A stretch of DNA of 58,593 nucleotides, filler included, from Dimargaris cristalligena (taxonomy: Eukaryota), in assembly GCA_003614675.1 (NCBI GenBank). It is 2 parts of 2 records of this genome, joined end to end, with 100 filler letters (N's around TTAATTAATTAA, not from the genome) between each part and the next. Parts side by side here need not be neighbours in the genome. Positions count along the whole stretch, not along the records: positions 29,348 to 58,593 come from ML002487.1; 1 more part is not named here. One strand, given 5' to 3'. Position numbers and translations under genes: made by a program. Numbering within the stretch: the stretch's first letter is position 1; each line of letters starts with the position of its first letter. The notes beneath the pieces are model-generated. The model was given only the letters and a program-made list of their open reading frames with translations, made no database searches and was not told where the DNA came from. Positions 58,573 to 58,593 of the stretch are shown here, one piece after another.

Positions 58573-58588
58573 GGGGGGGGGGGGGGGA
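58573..58588 (+). repeat. Poly-G homopolymer
   Basis: Run of about 16 G near the window end; similar poly-C/G runs occur elsewhere, e.g. 42843-42856. Confidence 0.85.
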
Positions 58589-58593
58589 GTATA

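Noticed and set aside
55700-58593. Short ORFs downstream of NUG1
   Set aside because: All are under 90 aa, mostly with non-ATG starts and no domain signal.

Overview
Eukaryotic, intron-containing genomic DNA (GT..AG introns of about 120-620 nt, GC-rich exons, long AT-richer intergenic spacers). The gene set (Zn2Cys6 transcription factor, alternative oxidase, UNC-93-like MFS transporter) indicates a fungus; that it is an early-diverging lineage is my inference. A 100-bp artificial linker (N44-TTAATTAATTAA-N44, 29248-29347) joins two contigs that may not be neighbours. Left contig: PXR1/PinX1 G-patch gene, a monoacylglycerol-lipase-like hydrolase whose catalytic Ser is replaced by Ala, a Zn2Cys6 TF, AOX with CGG-N7-CGG elements in its promoter, a UNC-93-like transporter, and a C1-tetrahydrofolate synthase cut by an inverted piece of itself (probable amplification chimera). 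Right contig: a CpG-depleted tract, an orphan prepro-peptide gene (signal peptide, KR site, cationic Gly/Ala-rich 45-mer), a DUF4112 protein, a divergent beta-tubulin with native Gln198, a PRXL2A/AhpC-TSA redoxin, a PPR protein, an orphan secreted protein, PRP19 and the NUG1/GNL3 GTPase. The best candidates for new biology are the secreted peptide precursor, the TF-AOX module and the Ser-to-Ala pseudo-lipase. No tRNA, rRNA, CRISPR array or intact transposon was recognised.
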